Source: Sphyrna mokarran (lineage: Eukaryota). From it: DNA of 64,000 bases. The notes under the pieces are model-generated. The model did not search any database, was not told the origin of the DNA, and saw only the letters and a list, made by a program, of their open reading frames with translations. Shown here piece by piece: positions 11,848 to 24,659 of the stretch. The stretch is taken from NCBI GenBank assembly GCA_024679065.1, contig JAGIQG010000017.1, positions 27,032,001 to 27,096,000 on the forward strand, read 5' to 3'. The position numbers and the translations under genes were made by a program. Every line of letters begins with the position of its first letter. Within the stretch, counting starts at the first letter, position 1.

Positions 11848-12615
11848 TAGAACATAGAACATAGCAGCGCAGTACAGGATATAAGCCATAATGTTGCGCT
11901 GACCAGTGGAACCAATCCAATGACCCTCTAACCTAAACTATTTCAATATTATCCATATACCTATCCAATGACTATTTGAATGCCCTTAAAGTTGGCGAGT
12001 CCACAACTGCTACAGGCAGGGCATTCCACGCCCTTACTACCTTTTGAGTAAAGAACCTACCTCTGATATCTGCCCTGTAATTATCACCCCTCAATTTAAA
12101 GCCATGGCCCCCATGTTAGCCAGCACCATCCAAGGAAACAGGCTCTCACTGTTCACCCTATCTAATCCTCTGATCATCTTGTATGCCTCAATTTGGTCAC
12201 CTCTTAACCTTCTTCTCTCTAATGAAAACAACCTCAAGTCCCTCAGCCTTTCCCCATAAGACCTTCCCACCATACCAGGCAACATTCTAGTAAACCTTCT
12301 CTGCACCCTTTTCAATGCTTCCACATCCTTCTTATAATGCGGCGACCAGAACTATACGCAATACTCCAAGTGCGGCTGCATCAGAGTTTTGTACAGCTGC
12401 AATATGATCTCATGACTCCAAAATTCAATCCCTCTACCAATAAAAGCTAATATACTGTAAGCCTTCTTAACAACCTTATCAATCTGAGTGCCAACTTTCA
12501 GGGATCTATGCACAAGTATACCAAGATCTCTCTGCTCATCCACACTACCAAGAGTCCTTCCATTAGCCCAATATTCTGTAATCCTGTTACTATTTCCAAA
12601 GTGAATCACCTCAAC
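11848..12615 (-). mobile_element. CR1 LINE 3' fragment
   Basis: ORFs 12091..12324 and 12352..12609 (RT C-terminus); agaacatagaacatag tail. Confidence 0.93.
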
Positions 12616-12884
12616 TTTTCAATTGAGTAGTCTTGAACTAGTGGTGTAGTATGCCTCATATTGATTTTCAAAAACAAGGCAGCTCTCTGTACAGTTAGCT
12701 CTCTGGCTGTTCCCAGGGACACACATTAAGACAAGTATCAATTACAGAGGTAGGAACTTCATTTCAGTGAAATGTGCTCTTTGCTCTGCTCAAAACCTGC
12801 TGGTCTTCCAGTGCAAAGAATGGTCCCTGACCGAGTGTTGCAGACTGACACGTTTCAAGATGCAGGAATACGTGTTGAGGGAGG

Positions 12885-13147
12885 CACTAAAGCTTGGGGC
12901 AATCAATCTAAGGCTTTTTAGCTAATGCACACTGAGGGGCCAGGAACTGTGGAGCACTGCTTGGGCTGTATTCCAGACATTGGATGTATATAATATTACA
13001 TGCTAAGATGCGCAATTAGGCGGATTGGCAAGGTAAATTCATGAGGTTACAGGAAGTACCTGGGTGGAATTCTGTTTTGAAGAGGTGCTGTAGATTCAAT
13101 GGGCTGAATGGCTTCCTTCTGCACTGTAGTGATTCTTTAATTCTATG
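12885..13147 (+). mobile_element. Degenerate HE1-like SINE
   Basis: 3' end gggtggaattctg...tcaatgggctgaatggcttccttctgcactgtag matches other copies. Confidence 0.6.
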
Positions 13148-13479
13148 AATTGTATTGGGACACTTCAGAGTGCAGTATGCTCTGTGAAGAAAAGTTGAAC
13201 ATTATTGCCCTTTTCTGCCATGAGCATTTTGAAATGTTTTAGATTGTTCTTTTAGATGTTTTATGTGTAAAGTATTTTTTTGGAGGGAAAGGTTGAACAC
13301 ATGAAGGAATGTCCTGTCAATTCTTTTCCTAGTACCTCAGATTTCATCAGAGTGAAATGCTCGTATCACTGCTTTCCAGTGAACGAAATTAGTGACCGGA
13401 TGTTTTGAACTCCCAAATTGACAGTAATGTACACTGACAGTGTGACTGCAGCTATGAATGGAATTTTCATTCCACAGTA

Positions 13480-14005
13480 TCACAGAATCACACAATGCAA
13501 AAGAGGCACTTCGGCCCATGGGGTCTCCACCAACACATGAGAAACACCTGACCTCTTCACCTAATCCTGTTTACCAGCACTTGTTCAATAGTCTTGAATG
13601 TTTTTTTTATTCATTTATGGGACATGGGTATCACTGGCTGGCCAGCATTTATTGCCCATCCCTTGTTCAGGGGGCAGTTGAGAGTCAACCATGTTGCAAA
13701 GTGGATCTGGAATCACATGTAGGCCAGACCAGGTAAGGACAGCAGACTTTCTTCTCAAAAGGACATTAATGAACAATGACAATCGACAACATTATTACAT
13801 GCCAAATGCTCATCCAGGTACTTTTTAGAGTATGTCAGGTAACTTCCCTCCACAATTTTCCAAGGCAGTGCATTCCAGACTTCACCAACCTCTGAGTAAA
13901 CTGAGTTCCTCACATCTCCCCTTAAACCTCCTGCCCCTCACCTGAACATGTGTCCATTCGTGACTGACCCTTCAATTAGGAGGACAACCGCTCCTGATCC
14001 ACTTT
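13480..14005 (-). mobile_element. CR1 3' end interrupted by a second-family SINE fragment (13600-13790)
   Basis: CR1 3'UTR motifs (ggcacttcggcccat; ggcagtgcattccagact) flank the SINE tail ttcatttatgggacatggg. Confidence 0.65.
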
Positions 14006-14394
14006 GGACAGAACTCTGATATTGCGATTGTTTCTAGGTTAGGAATGGATATAAATTCATCCATGTAGAGATGCTCAAAGTGCTGCTATTGTAGTATGCA
14101 AAGTGCTTAACTAGCCAGATGTTACCTCTAGCAGCAAATTAGATGTGGTGCATGGGGTAAGAAGATGGGGCCATGCCAGAAGTGAGCTGTTTAATGCTGT
14201 CACCGTGGCAACTATTTGTTCATCCGCATATGGAAGCAGAAACTGGGCAGTGGTGGAGGGTGGTGTCCTTGTGTAACAAATAGGCAGTAGATCCATAAAT
14301 ATCCACAAAGAGAAAAGGCAGATTGACACCTCTTGTGCAGATCTTATCCGTTCTGACAGTAACAAAAGCTTACGTTTTTGCAATAATTCTCCTA

Positions 14395-14583
14395 GTTGCC
14401 ACACTCTGATTTCTGTCCAGGTTAATCCACCTAACCAGACTGTGGGGGGAAACCAGAGCAGCTGGAGGAAACCCTCATAGACACTGGGAGAATGTACAAA
14501 CTTCCCACTGATAGTGACCAAAGCCAGGAATTGAACCCGTGTCCCTGGCACTGTGGGCAGCAGTGCTAGCCACTGTGCCACCC
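14395..14583 (-). mobile_element. HE1-type V-SINE (short-tail variant)
   Basis: Head and V core present; explains the spurious ORF 14111..14731. Confidence 0.85.
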
Positions 14584-16564
14584 TGCATCTGCTCATTATT
14601 TTTACAGATGCTGATAAAGTTGCCAGCATGTTACCAGAATGTAATGTTTTCATTTTGTACTGAATCTCATCACCCCAGTGCAGCTTGGCAACTTGCCATT
14701 TAATAATTCTGCTCATTTCTGCTGCTAACATGATGAGAACTATCTCACAGCCTTCCCCTTCATTGCTATCTTATGATTTTCTCCTGCTGTTGTGAATTGC
14801 TCCTCTTAATGCCTCTCCCATCCTCTTCCATGTTGTGGTTCTGACGATACATCAAACCTCACCCATAAAAAAAAAAAGCTCAAATCCAAATTTCTCTTCT
14901 GAACTTGCTGACAATAAGCTCATTGTGGCCATTTAAGAAGTCAGGCAGGTTATGTCTTCCAGCTCCCAAAAGTATCTTGCATCTGGAAGCCGATGTGCCA
15001 ACTTCCGGGGTGGGGGGCTAAGCAAATGCCTTCCCTCAAACCTGCCCTTCAAACAATCCAAAATCCTACCCTGAGTGTTTGCATAAATGTTGCAGTACTT
15101 GGTATAGTAGTGACCCAAGTTTAGTAATTCAGGGTTCATTTTCAAATGCATAAACTTTACTCAGATAACAACACTGAATTTGGCTGAGTCTTTTTGTTTT
15201 AAGAAATGGTGCACATGTACAGAATCTTCTCATTGTTGTAACAGTGATAATCATTGATAGTTTAAAGTTGGAGTGTTTGTTTCTAATCCCTTTGCTGCAG
15301 AAACATGTGTTTGTATTTTGCTGAACAGTATGGTAACAGAAGAAATGCATGTTTATTTCCTGTGAATCTTGGATCGTCATTTCTCAAGCCCCTAGTGTTT
15401 TCCCACATCCACAGGCTTTCTGTAATTTACAAGGAAAGCGAATATGATTTCACTGGGAAGGAGGAGTGTGTAATAAGCTGAAACAACATGGTTTGGGGCT
15501 CTTCCTGTTGTTTGCCTTGATCCCAAATTACTTTCTCAAATCTAAAATGACACTGCACACAATGAACACAAACTAAGTGATAGCAGATTTTGGATGCAGT
15601 TAAAAGATTGCTGGGAAATTTGATTAAACAGCAGGCTAATGAACAGACTAATGTGATCGCAACTGCTTCTATTTCAACATCAGATGGGAGACTTACAAGG
15701 GTGCACATTATACAAGAAGCATCTGATCTTGGAATCTCTCATTTGATTTGACTGGATTAGATTCCCTGCCACCCCACACGATACCCCACATGACACTTCG
15801 TCCCCACCCTCCACCAAACCACGCAGTGACGGAGAGGAAAATATCATTCTTACACTCATAATTGACTAAACTGTAGGAAGCTTTAAAAATCATAGCCACC
15901 ACATTATGGAGTTAAATTTTTGGAGCATTGCCATTATGACTTGAGTATTGAAGAAGCAGTGAGGCTCCCAAATCTCCAAGTACCTTCATATATCCTTGGG
16001 AAGGAAGGAAACCGGAGATGGATGTATTCCCAGATTTATGCGAGAACTTTTCCAACTGGAGGAGCTCTGATTTAGAATAGACTCACTCCCTGGAGATGTG
16101 CAAGAATTATTCATGGCTGAGCCTATTGTGGATGAGGGGGTGAGATTTCAAATTGGGAAAAATGTACAGAAAATTCTGAATTTTGTTAGGGAAGAATGTT
16201 AAGATATATGGAGTTAAGCTACTGATCATTCATAATCTAACCCTGTGCTACCCAAAAGGACTGTGATGCTCACCAAACTAATACAAAACCTATGCAATAT
16301 TAATAAATTCATCATTTGTTAGGATCTTAATAGAAGAAAAGGATTAACAAATCTCTCCGGTTTCTGACTCATGCCTTGCTTTACTATTTCCAAACACATC
16401 TGGACATTTAATAGACTTCCGGCTCATGGTCAACGTCCTACATAGTCTCCTTTTCTGCCAATAGTGCTTTATTTATTTCAATTGATTATTTCAACAGATT
16501 AAGATCAAGGTTGAACACATTAGATGTTGCTGTAATGCCATAGTTGCACTTTTCAGCCCTCATT

Positions 16565-17620
16565 AACCTTTGATAAGGTTCCCCATGGTAAGCTATTGCA
16601 GAAAATACAGAGGCATGGGATTGAGGATGACTTAGCGGTTTGGTTCAGAAATTGGCTAGCTGCAAGAAGACAGAGGGTGGCGGTTGATGGCGGTTACTAG
16701 TGGTGTACTGCAAGAATCTGTTTTAGGGCCACTGCTGTTTGTAATTTTTATAAACGACCTGAATGAGGGCATAGAAGGATGGGCTAGTAAATTTGCAGAT
16801 GACGTTAAAGTCGGTGGAATTGTGGACAGTGCGGAAGGATGTTGCAGGTTACGAAGGGACATAGATAAGCTGTGGAGCTTGGCTGACAGGTGGCAAATGG
16901 AGCTTAATGCGGAAAAGTGTGAAGTAATTCATTTTGGAAGGAGTAACAAGATTACAGAGTATTGAGCTAATGGTAAGATGCTTGGTAGTGTGGATAAGCA
17001 GAGAGATCTCGGAGTCCATGTGCATAGATTCCTGAAAGTTGGTACCCAGGTTGATAGAGTTGTTAAGGAGGCGTGCAGTATGTTGGCTGTTGGTAGAAGG
17101 ATTGAGTTTAGGAGCCATGAGATCATGTTGCAGCTTTACAAAACTCTGGTGTGGCCGCACTCGGAGTATTATGTACATTCTGGTCGTCGCGTTATAGGCA
17201 GGATGTGGGAGCATTGGAAAAGGCATAGAGGAGATTTACCAGGATGTTGCCTGATATGGTGGGAAGGTCGTGTGAGGAAAGGCTGAGTTGTTAGAGAGAA
17301 GTGACTTAATGGAGGCATACAAGATGATCAGAGAATTCGATAGGGTGGACAGTGAGAGCCTTTTTCCTTGGATGGAGATGGGGATGAGGGGGCATAGCTA
17401 TAAATTGAGGGGTGATGGATATAGGACAGATGTCAGAGGTAGATTCTTTACTTGGAGAGTAGTAAGGGCATGGAATATCCTGCCTGCAACAGTAGTGGAT
17501 TTGCCAACATTAAGGGCATTTAAATGGTCATTGGATAAACATATAGTTGATATTGGAGTAGGCTTTAGATTGGTTTCATAGCAAAGAGCCTGCACTGCGC
17601 TGTAATGTTCCATATTCTAT
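16565..17620 (+). mobile_element. CR1 LINE 3' fragment (RT), decayed
   Basis: SGVLQESVLGPLLF, KFADDVK and later RT peptides with stops and frameshifts; same subfamily as 11848-12615. Confidence 0.93.
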
Positions 17621-19007
17621 GTTTCATTGTTCATTGGCAACCATGCATCACTGTCCATCACTCATGCACCTCAAATGCTTTAGCTACCAATGAAATGAAA
17701 CCCAGTTTTCAGTTAGCATCTACAGTGTCGCTAGATTCCCCAAGAAAAGTATGAGAGGAATCAAACAGTTGTCTTTTTGAAGGCTGCTTCTGTTTTCACA
17801 GCATTTCAGTATGGTCGCACAGATGTAAACATATCGTCATTTCTAAGCACTCTGAGAAAACAGAGAAGGTAGATCGTTTTTCTTGCTCCACTTAGCAAAT
17901 GTTCCTTCAGCTTCCAGGTGGCTAGATACCTGATAACTGAACTAGATTTTGATAAGCATAGTTGTGATCTGACCGAAACGTGACCCCTGGCCAACAGCAA
18001 TGTTACTGATTTGTCCTTGCTCAATTAGGAATCAATAACATATAGTGGCCTGAAGAATTGTTGCCAATACTGTAACTTTAACAAAACTCAATACTGTGTG
18101 GCTCTAAAAATGAACAGTGTGATTTGCTGCATGTGCTGAGCTTATTAGACAACATTGATCTGGTAGAGCAGCTGAATGGTCTATCCTATCCTATCTTGTA
18201 TTTTACTGTGAAACCCTGATGTATCAAAATGTTGGGCAAAATTGGTAGTCAATGATGAAAAATGATGTGCCCTGTGTCTATGAGAGTACTTGACTGACGC
18301 ATCCTGGTGCCCACTATCTTGCCAATCATTTTCTATTATCATTTTACAGCTGTCTTAAATAATGACTTATTGCCAACAACTGAAATGTATACACCACTTT
18401 TTCCATCACAATTTCCTGCGGTTTTGATCAGATACACAATCGTTTGTTGCAAAGAGAAGCTCATTGAGAGTGAAGAGTTAATTAATCATATTTTCCTTAT
18501 GCTAGAAGCAGAACCATTAAAGCACTCAATAACAGAGGTTTAGTACAATAGAGTGAAGGGGTTGTGCTGGTGCAGCAATAAAGGGATCTCTTTGCATGTG
18601 TACGTGTTTCTGCTAATAGAATACCTCCATGCTAGTGGTAGGCTCCAGCCAGTGGCGCTGTTAAAGCGAGAATGGGGTTTGACATCTAATTGAAATTCAG
18701 TGAAAATAACAGAATAGATTCTGGTCAATCAAAGGAATGGTGCTGTCAGATACAACACTGAAGTCCTTCTGCACCAGCCTATGCATTGCCAGCAGTTGGT
18801 TCATGCTGTGAATGGAGAACGATTGATGGAATCGAGTGTACAGGCAGCTACTTTATGCCATACAAGGAGCTTGTGAAAGAACGTCCGCTGCTGGAAGCAT
18901 AAAGGATGCCCTGCCTGCAGTGACTTACATTCACTCAACTGAACAGCAATTTCCCTTCTGCTTTGAGCTTAACTACAGCATTTCTTATAGGTAGAATTAG
19001 GAAAGAA

Positions 19008-19126
19008 ATGGCTTTTAGCCCGTGGCATATCCTGTCTCCAGTACGATGGGTTCGATGGACATGGTCTGCTGTGTGTGGTGGAGGAGACTATAGTCTCCAG
19101 TTCATGCAGAAAATAACTAGAGTTAG
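19008..19126 (+). CDS. TACC2: TACC2 candidate first coding exon (TACC1-like N-terminus MAFSPWHILSPVRWVRWTWSAVCGGGDYSLQFMQKITRV)
   Basis: ATG at 19008 in good Kozak context (gaaATGg). Peptide resembles the recalled human TACC1 start MAFSPWQILSPVQWAKWTWSAVRGG. Ends in phase 2 at AG|GCAAGT (GC donor), matching the phase of the next exon. Confidence 0.75.
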
Positions 19127-19236
19127 GCAAGTGTGTTTGGTGTTATTAATGGCATAAGAGGATCAGAGCGAGTAGGGGGTTAGCATCTCAGTGGGATTGA
19201 ATTCATTTCTTACAGAATGTGTTCATTTTGCTTTAG

Positions 19237-19361
19237 GAGCTCAGACTCAGAGGGAGCGTTTGAGACACCTGAAGAGACAACACCTGTCAAAGTCCCTCCG
19301 CAGATCTCTCCTCCTGCCACTGAGAAGGAAAGCCAGGAACAGCTGCCTTCAGAACAATCAG
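19237..19361 (+). CDS. TACC2: TACC2 exon SSDSEGAFETPEETTPVKVPPQISPPATEKESQEQLPSEQS
   Basis: Acceptor ttttgctttag, donor G|gtaaag. Encodes the conserved TACC1/2 SSDSE.AFETPE motif. Phase 2 in, phase 1 out. Confidence 0.93.
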
Positions 19362-19874
19362 GTAAAGAAAGCTAAAAATGATTAATGGGGGTCGGCTGAA
19401 GATCAGACTGATAAAGTGGTGACACAAAAGCAAAGAGCAGTGCATGCGAAAAGTGGATGTTTTTAAATATGGCACTTGGCACTTCTTATTGTTAGTGTGA
19501 CTTGCTGTATAATTCATGTGCCCAGCCGTTCCAGAATGAAGAGCAGATATCAAGATGTGTAGAATCAAATGAAAATATACCATGGCTTATTTATAGAGAG
19601 CTTGAAAGAAATAAACAGTACCTTTTGATTTTAGTTGTATTACATTGGTGGCTACATGTTTACTACCTGAAAAGTGAATTCATTGTTGCAGCCCATGCCA
19701 CTGATGACCTTGTTTCCACAATAAGACTCCTCCTTTTCTGAGATAATTAGCTCTAAAGTCCTTACCAAGTGCTTTCAAAGTTTGCAATAGTAGCTTTGTT
19801 CTGCAGCTGAGATTTTATGAGAGTTTGCATTTTTTAAAAAAAGACTGCATTTACAGATTTGGTTATTTAATTTA

Positions 19875-20225
19875 TTGTTCATTCATGGGACATGGACTTT
19901 GCTAGCTGGCCAACATTTATTTTCCATTCCTACTTGGCCTTGGAAGGCAGTAGAGAGTCAACCATGTTACTGTGGCTCTGGAGTCACATATAGGCCAAAC
20001 TGGAAAAGGCTGACAGAATTCCTTCCCTGAAGGACATTAGTGAACCAGATAGGTTTTCTTGATAATCGACAATGGTTTCATGGTCATCAATAGACTCTTA
20101 ATTCTAGATATTTTCATTGAATTCAAATTCAACTTCTGTGGCGGGATTCGAACCCAGATCCCCGGAATATTAGCTGAGTTTCCAGATTAATTGTTTGGCA
20201 ATAATACCACTAGGCCATTGCCTCC
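19875..20225 (-). mobile_element. tRNA-derived SINE, second family
   Basis: Reverse-complement homology to 11307-11695. Confidence 0.8.
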
Positions 20226-21180
20226 TTTATGTGGAAAGCAGTAAGTGACAGAATCAGATCAGTGTGGTTTATTTGAATAGATTACCATCAATCTTTAAAT
20301 TAATGTTCATTTTTAAAGGTTGTCTGAACACACTTTTCTCATTTGGATTTCCTTAGTGACTTTCCGCAGTGCAATGTAAGGCTGTGTGAATCCTTAATCA
20401 GGTGCTAAAAATAAATCGCTGAGGCAGCACTCGCCCTAATTAAACATATGCAGCAGCAAACTCCAAAACGGTTTGTTTTTTTAAAATAATAGTTCATATA
20501 GTTGCCTGACATATTAAAATGATATGGAGTCACTTCCAGTTATTAACTTTTGCCAAATTTATGAAGTTTTTACAAAGACAGCAAATGTCACTGTGACAGA
20601 GTGAAGTTGTATTGGATGGATTTGAACCAATTTCAAGTGGGCAGGGGTTAAATGCTCGTACACAAATCTGTTGTTACTCTTTAAAAATGGAATCAAATCA
20701 GATGGATCTTTCTCAAGCGTGTTTTCTTTTAACCACTCCCTCATGTTCATATTTTATTTTTCGGGATGCTAATGGCAGAACATTTGGTTCGAAAATATTC
20801 AGTGTTACGCCTAATATTGGACTGATGGGTTAAAGTAATTCTGGATTGACTAAAGTGCACTTATTTTGTTTGCTAATTGGCCAAAGCAGTGGGTGGAAAT
20901 TTATACACACAATTTATATATGTCCACACTTTGTTAAAGAGATCTTGAATAACTTTCTCTTTTAGAGGTATCATTTTAATCTGACCAAACTTGAAGGAGT
21001 TAGCAATGTAGTTCATCTGTATTTCTTCTGAATTTTGGCAACGATCTAAGAAGCTTATGGTTACCTCAGTGCAACAATATTACCTCATTACATGCTAAAC
21101 TGGAAAACAAAATTATCAAAAGGAAACAGGAGACATCTGGGAAACAGCTGGTTTCAAACTGATGGATTTACATTATCTAA

Positions 21181-21388
21181 GGGCGAGATTCTCCGGCCTC
21201 CCAGTTGCGTGTTTCCCGTGGGAGGTGGTGCGTTGTTTGCTAGTGGCGGGATTCTCTGGCTCCGCTGCTTTCAATGGGAGTTCCTATTGTTCCCATTACC
21301 CCATGTTGCAGAGAAACCTGTGGGTGGGGATACGCTGACGGCAGGACTGGAGAATCTCACCAGTATGAACGGTTGGAGAATTCTGGCC
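21181..21388. mobile_element. Harbinger-like MITE
   Basis: Imperfect terminal inverted repeats GGGCGAGATTCTCC / GGAGAATTCTGGCC, with TAA on both sides. Confidence 0.7.
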
Positions 21389-22094
21389 TAAATTTAAATT
21401 CTTTGAATATGCTGAAAAAAAAGCACTATTAAATCTAAACCACTCAATCCTTTTATTTCCTTCCAACTCAAAAAAAATCCTTCAATTTGGAATCCAATTG
21501 CTGACCAGCATAATAAAGTTGATGCCATTTTAATATTACAATGTCCAGAACTGCGTATGTTTTGTGGATGCAAATTTTATACAGTTATTTACAGATTTTT
21601 TTCATATTTTGAGTCCACATCCATTAAAACATTTAAAGGGTATTTTGGACCCCAACACAAAAAGTTCCTTAACAATTGAACTGTAAACTAATACTCAATG
21701 TATGATGCACAATGGAGATTTTTTCTTAAACCTGTAATGCATTCGACAGAATCTCCAAACGAAGGACAGTAATCTGTCAGGAAAGTGCTTTTTGAATGTT
21801 TCCAGTCAGGATAATGAGTAACAACTCTGACAAAGAGAAGCCTCTGAACTTCCTGGCAACAATTAATTACCGTGCTTTCTAATAAGGTGTCTGATTTCAA
21901 TGAGGGAATATTTGACTCGTGTTTTGGTCTGATTTTTGTTTACTAAATGCCAGCATTAATAAAATTGCATTATGACTTATATGTGAAGAATGTGGAGATA
22001 GTGTTGAGAGTAGACAAGGCTTTCAATTAACTCAGGCTTCAGGCAGGACTGAAACAATCAGTTCATTTTTAACAGTGAAACAACAGAAGGAAAT

Positions 22095-22465
22095 GCAGAG
22101 AAAGAACAAGCTTGAATTTGTAGATGCTTTTGACATCTCTTTCACATTGTAAAACATCAGCCAATGAATTATCATTGATGTGTAACTACTGTTTGGCAGG
22201 CAGAGAAGGCAGCCAGTTTGCAGCAAGGCCCTGCAAGTAGCAATGAAAGAAATGATCTGCTCATCTGTTTTGGGCGATGCTTGTTGAGGGGCAAATTTTA
22301 AACAGGCCGTGGAAAATTTCCCCTGCTGTGTTTGTGTCATGGGATCTTTGGAGCAAATAGACATTTCAAATGAAGGAGGGCTGCTCTGATATTGTAGTGC
22401 ACCCTCAATACTGCCATTTGGCCTCCATCGTGTACTCAAGTTGTGAAGTGAGGCTTAAACCTGAC
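22095..22465 (-). mobile_element. Deu-domain SINE (SacSINE1-like)
   Basis: Reverse homology to 51950-52345 (ggcagccagtttg, ccctgctg...catgggatcttt). Confidence 0.7.
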
Positions 22466-24197
22466 AGATCAGTTACTGTCTGGAAATGAAATATTGGTTT
22501 ACATTTTGGGATGAAACCCTTCATTGGTACTCAACACATCTGGCTATGACCCAACTTATGAAGGATTCCTATTAGAACATTAACCTGTCTTCCTGGTTTA
22601 GATTCTGATGAACATGTTGCACTTTTCTTCGTGTTTGTTTTGGATTTTCTGCCTTGTAATTTTTCTTATTGCTTTTTCTTAACAAAACTATCTGCTTATT
22701 CAAATCTGAACCTCATCAATACATTGTCTCTGTCCCTGCAAATGTTCCCATATGCTGATTTCAGAGCTACTCTTTACTCAGAAGGACTGCACTTGAGCAA
22801 GGTGTTAACAAAAAACTGGCATGTAAAGACACTTGCACAACACAATATTGTATGAATCATTTACTCTGGCTCTCAATGTATCTTTAATTTATTCTGTAAA
22901 AGCAGCCAGGAGTAGAAACACGCTGGCAGTCTCTGCACAATGGCAAACCTTGACTGCATGTTTGTAGGCCATTCACTGTAGGAATATTGTTTGCCAAGAG
23001 AATCGTATCATGGAAGATTTGCAATGCTATTACCAATGAATGCACCAAATGTCACAGCCCTCAATGTACTGACCGTGTTCGACCTGTGCAGCCCCAAGCC
23101 TGGCAACTGGGACTTCAAAATGTACACTATCCCTCCAATTATCTAATTGTTTTAAAGCTGTGTGTGAATTATAGTGCTCAAATCCTATTTCTCAAAGAGA
23201 ATTTGAACATCACTATCTGTCACACAAGGTAGGAAATAAGAAGAGCAACAGCAGTTCTGCACAAGTAAGTGTAAGAGCTATCCCTGAATTTAACGCACTT
23301 GAGTATGCTGAGTAGGGCATATTTGATGAGCAAAGAAAAAGTGGGAGCTGCTAATTAGTTTGCTGAGGTCAGCTACCATTATTATTGAGGTTAACAGCTG
23401 TTGTAGCTGTTAAGAGATCTAGAGATTCATCTTTACAACTCGCTTGCTCTTCTTATTCCCAGTAGAATAGAACCTGGTTCCTGAAATGGACATTTTGACC
23501 ATATAAATAGGTTACAAACTGAAAGCTTGTTAAGATAATAACCAGGATTATGAGCATTGAATATGTTACTTATTTACAAGACACAAACATGTCAAAATAT
23601 TAATTAAATGCTGATCAGTTGAGTTCACCAGATAAAAGCTAAATAGGCATCTTTCAGGAGCCTGTCTCGTGAAATTGATGGTTACAACAGGGAGGCATTT
23701 CTTAATTGGACATTTTGTTGAGAATATTGCGGTGAAATGGTTGAGTTTCTTCCATTGCCTTGGTGGATAAAGATATTATTAACTGGGATGATACTGTTCT
23801 ATTTCTAAATGCAGAAAACCACCTATCCTGGATATTGTAATTGAAGCTGTTGTATAAATCTGCTGTTGAAGCAAATCTTGCTGGAAGGCAACCATTTATG
23901 GAGGACATCTGGTACTCCAGCTGGTGTGCACAGATCTAATTGTTCTTTTCAAAAGGGTGTGTGAAGCAAATCGTACTGTATTGGATTTTAAAAGAAACAT
24001 ACAATGTAGGAACCTGTCTGGTGAAACTCTTGTCACCCAGGCTGCTACATAACTATCATTTTATTCTGGACATTAAAACAATATTGTATATTCTATGTTT
24101 GTGATATTTGACTTGAGTTGTGAAAAGCAGCACCAAGAATAATAACAGTGAATGAAGCAGCTCAGTGTGACTAATGGTCACTTTCCAATTAAAGCAA

Positions 24198-24510
24198 GGC
24201 ATGGTGGCACAGTGGTTAGCACTGCTGCCTCGCAGTGCCAGGGACCTGGTTTCAATTCATGGCTTGGGTCACTCTCTGGTGGAGTCTGCCTGTTCTCCTT
24301 CTGTCTGTGTGGCTTTCCTCTGGGTGCTCTGGTTTCCTACCATGCTGCAAAGATATGCAGGGTAAGTGCTCTGACCATATTAATTTGCCCCCTTGTGTCA
24401 AGGGGTTATCAGAGTAAATACGTGGGGTTACGGCAATAGAACTTGGGTGGCACTGTTTTGATGGAGACTCAATGGGCTGAATGGCCTCTTTCTGCTGTGT
24501 GGGGACTGTG
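24198..24510 (+). mobile_element. HE1-type V-SINE
   Basis: Full head, V core and tail. Confidence 0.88.
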
Positions 24511-24659
24511 TGAAAATGAGTTGTGGGTGGTTTTGTGAGATTATGTAAAATGCCCAAATAAATGATTTCATTGGTGTGGCAAACAGTGAGGGTGATACTA
24601 TTGGCTGTGACAGGGCATGGAATGGCCAAGCAGAATGGGCAATGCAATAAGTACATAGA

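Noticed and set aside
14111-14731. 206-aa ORF on the minus strand
   Set aside because: Runs through an HE1 SINE (VAQWLALLP.. is the SINE head translation) and non-coding flanks; no recognisable protein.
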